A stretch of 17,847 bases of DNA from Promethearchaeia archaeon (GTDB lineage: Archaea; Asgardarchaeota; Lokiarchaeia; Sigyniarchaeales; SOKP01). Positions 17,101 through 17,847 of the stretch are shown piece after piece; the first letter of the stretch is position 1, and every line of letters begins with the position of its first letter. A model generated the notes under the pieces. The model did no database searches and had not been told where the DNA came from. It saw only the letters and a list, made by a program, of their open reading frames with translations. The stretch is from contig JAHQWJ010000127.1 in the NCBI GenBank assembly GCA_029856125.1, positions 1 to 17,847 on the forward strand. The letters run 5' to 3'. Position numbers and translations under genes: made by a program.

Positions 17101-17847
17101 TATAGGCTACTTTGCATTGGAAAGATATTTTTTATCCGTAATAAATACAATGAAACATTGGATAGATACAAAGAAGCTCTAGAGCTTGAGGAACAATTAG
17201 GTAATCTTACAAACCAAGCGGTTATGATACGAATGATTGGAGATATTTTTAAAGCTCAAGAGCATTTTCAAGAAGCATTAAAATGGTATCAAGATGCATA
17301 CAAGCTTTTTGAAGAAATTGAAAACTTGGAAGGAATTGCAGATTGCTTTGAGAGTATTGGATTAGTGTATCAAGAATTAGGTAATTATCCTGAAGCATTA
17401 AAGTGGAATAGTGAAGCACTTAAATTATCAGATCAAATTTATGACGACGAGAGGAAAGCTCGAATTTTATGCAGTATAGGCGCACTCTTTCATAAACAAG
17501 GTGTATATAAAGATGCCTTTAAACGTTATAATATTGCCCTCAACATATTTGATAGAATAGGAGACTTAATAGGGAAAACATATTGTTTAAATAAGGTAGG
17601 TCTTGTATACCAAGATAGAGGGGATTATACGGAAGCTCTTAAATGGTACGATCGAGGAACAAAACTTTTTAAAGTATTAGGACCTTCAAAAGAAAGAGCA
17701 GAGAATTTGTATAATACAGCAATGATCTATAGGGATCAAGGATTATATCTTGACGCTTTGAAAACCTTTGAAGAATCTCTCAATATTGATAATGAGCTTA
17801 AAAATTTCACCAGAAAAGCAGAAAGTCTTAATAACATTGGATTAATT
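14161..17847 (+). CDS. Large SIR2-like (SIR2_2) domain + tetratricopeptide-repeat protein, C-terminus truncated by the window edge
   Basis: Frame open from ATG 14161 (or TTG 14176 behind GGTGAG) to the window end, 1229 codons. Motifs: TFLVGAGAS (GAGAS at 14251-14265), TTNFD (14515-14529), YKLHSS (to 14676), IIGYSG (GYSG at 14836-14847), LIWINH, then TPR repeats. Not in the ORF track. Confidence 0.92.
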   Translation, partial: MGENKLSTIKKSNLNINDLFKSDEKITFLVGAGASVDSPSQLPSASNIMKALIKFTCTKSEVEKIVNTQGLNFETLLGIIHNSLNDDLQFLDFYLEINKPNIQHFVLSEMLQKGHYVITTNFDFLIEHALLQTDYPKKKIVPVITEKDYQKFSDPEKLYKNKKIPIYKLHSSPKNIITGEDTRNSFINTLKLIGSNRDKNNIIQLEPFKAQMFEQISNERSLIIIGYSGKNDYDLISTLKTMRGLKNLIWINHIVNGEPKGVLYEYSKPRSMDLSNLDGLDQHLTEIKRLNESVNVFRLNTYTPKFLENLLDKKEKISKEKFELNLGDWLKDKLNEPSELTKLFISNKIYSETKNYVDALRCLESLYRLSDESGDSHWKAISLMEMGIVNYKQSKYGDALDQLRKSLQVQIKSKLMPERALIFKYIGLSHQALREYSDAIKNFEFALKENEKIKDFQQKSDVYNNLGVLYQEQHKYKDALMYFESAIKINERFENLSKKALNLKLKGRVYHSKKNFSEALKNLQIALKISEQLEDLEQKAEILNIIGRITHEFGDSLTGLEKCNESLNLYNLLGGIEGTLDALNTIGIIYRDQWNYSKAFDYFEEGFQTAENLGNIQLKARFSRQLGMIFQNQNKYFEALKWFEDSLNFYKQIGVIRGEVDVLINMGLIYKEQKTYLKALKNFGKALEIYDQLEDLNNKASTLNILGRIYLDQRKFSEAFKNFQEALQLYGETDNPEGTVETLKNIGNLYAEQANFQEALNRYKDALEIIKGIGKTEKKADLLNRLGLIFQDQGDYPQAKQKFEEALNLYRKQNNMEGQIESLHLIGINYHYVEENDIALKTFEEAINIAEQIGNLHKKAMCLNITGKIYREQWNLVEALKRYEEALSIAEQLGHLEEQVEILSVIGEIYQAQKHYPEAVRRYNEAIYVAESLGNLEIKADIFTSIGDIYYDEDNYLEALNLYEEALNIDDQLGNMKGKAYRLLCIGKIFFIRNKYNETLDRYKEALELEEQLGNLTNQAVMIRMIGDIFKAQEHFQEALKWYQDAYKLFEEIENLEGIADCFESIGLVYQELGNYPEALKWNSEALKLSDQIYDDERKARILCSIGALFHKQGVYKDAFKRYNIALNIFDRIGDLIGKTYCLNKVGLVYQDRGDYTEALKWYDRGTKLFKVLGPSKERAENLYNTAMIYRDQGLYLDALKTFEESLNIDNELKNFTRKAESLNNIGLI
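15181..17847 (+). repeat. Coding array of at least 22 TPR-like units at an exact 120-nt (40-aa) period
   Basis: Consensus xxLNxIGxIYxxQxxYxEAL-xxYEEALxIxEQLGxxxxKA. The (E/D)AL-like motif recurs every 120 nt from 15232 to 17760 without indels. Units are divergent at DNA level. Confidence 0.9.

Noticed and set aside
15181-17847. 120-nt periodicity as a possible CRISPR array or DNA tandem repeat
   Set aside because: No identical DNA repeat or spacer structure; the periodicity is explained by protein TPR units.

Overview
AT-rich (about 30% GC by eye), gene-dense prokaryotic window. The gene content (eukaryote-type MPN/JAMM proteins, a tandem Roadblock protein, a SIR2-TPR giant, TATA-like promoters, GGAGGT/GGTGA-type ribosome-binding motifs) points to an Asgard archaeon, probably Lokiarchaeia; this is inference. 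Thirteen CDS are supported, two of them missed by the ORF track because they run off the window edges: a ~10-TM membrane protein (<1..1290, -) and a >1200-aa SIR2-TPR protein (14161..>17847, +). The main feature is a cluster of three MPN/JAB paralogues. Two are translationally coupled MPN + long helical-tail proteins, one with the JAMM catalytic Glu and one with Gln at that position. The third is divergent with a canonical JAMM motif. They flank a Zn-ribbon protein and are followed by a ChlI/ChlD-type AAA+-vWA ATPase. This is a candidate archaeal active/pseudo MPN heteromer analogous to Rpn11-Rpn8, CSN5-CSN6 or BRCC36-Abraxas. The rest comprises an ATP-grasp ligase, a double-Roadblock protein, an NTP-transferase, a coiled-coil + TrmB/PLD-fold protein and a PHP-family histidinol phosphatase. 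No RNA genes, CRISPR arrays or mobile elements were recognised.
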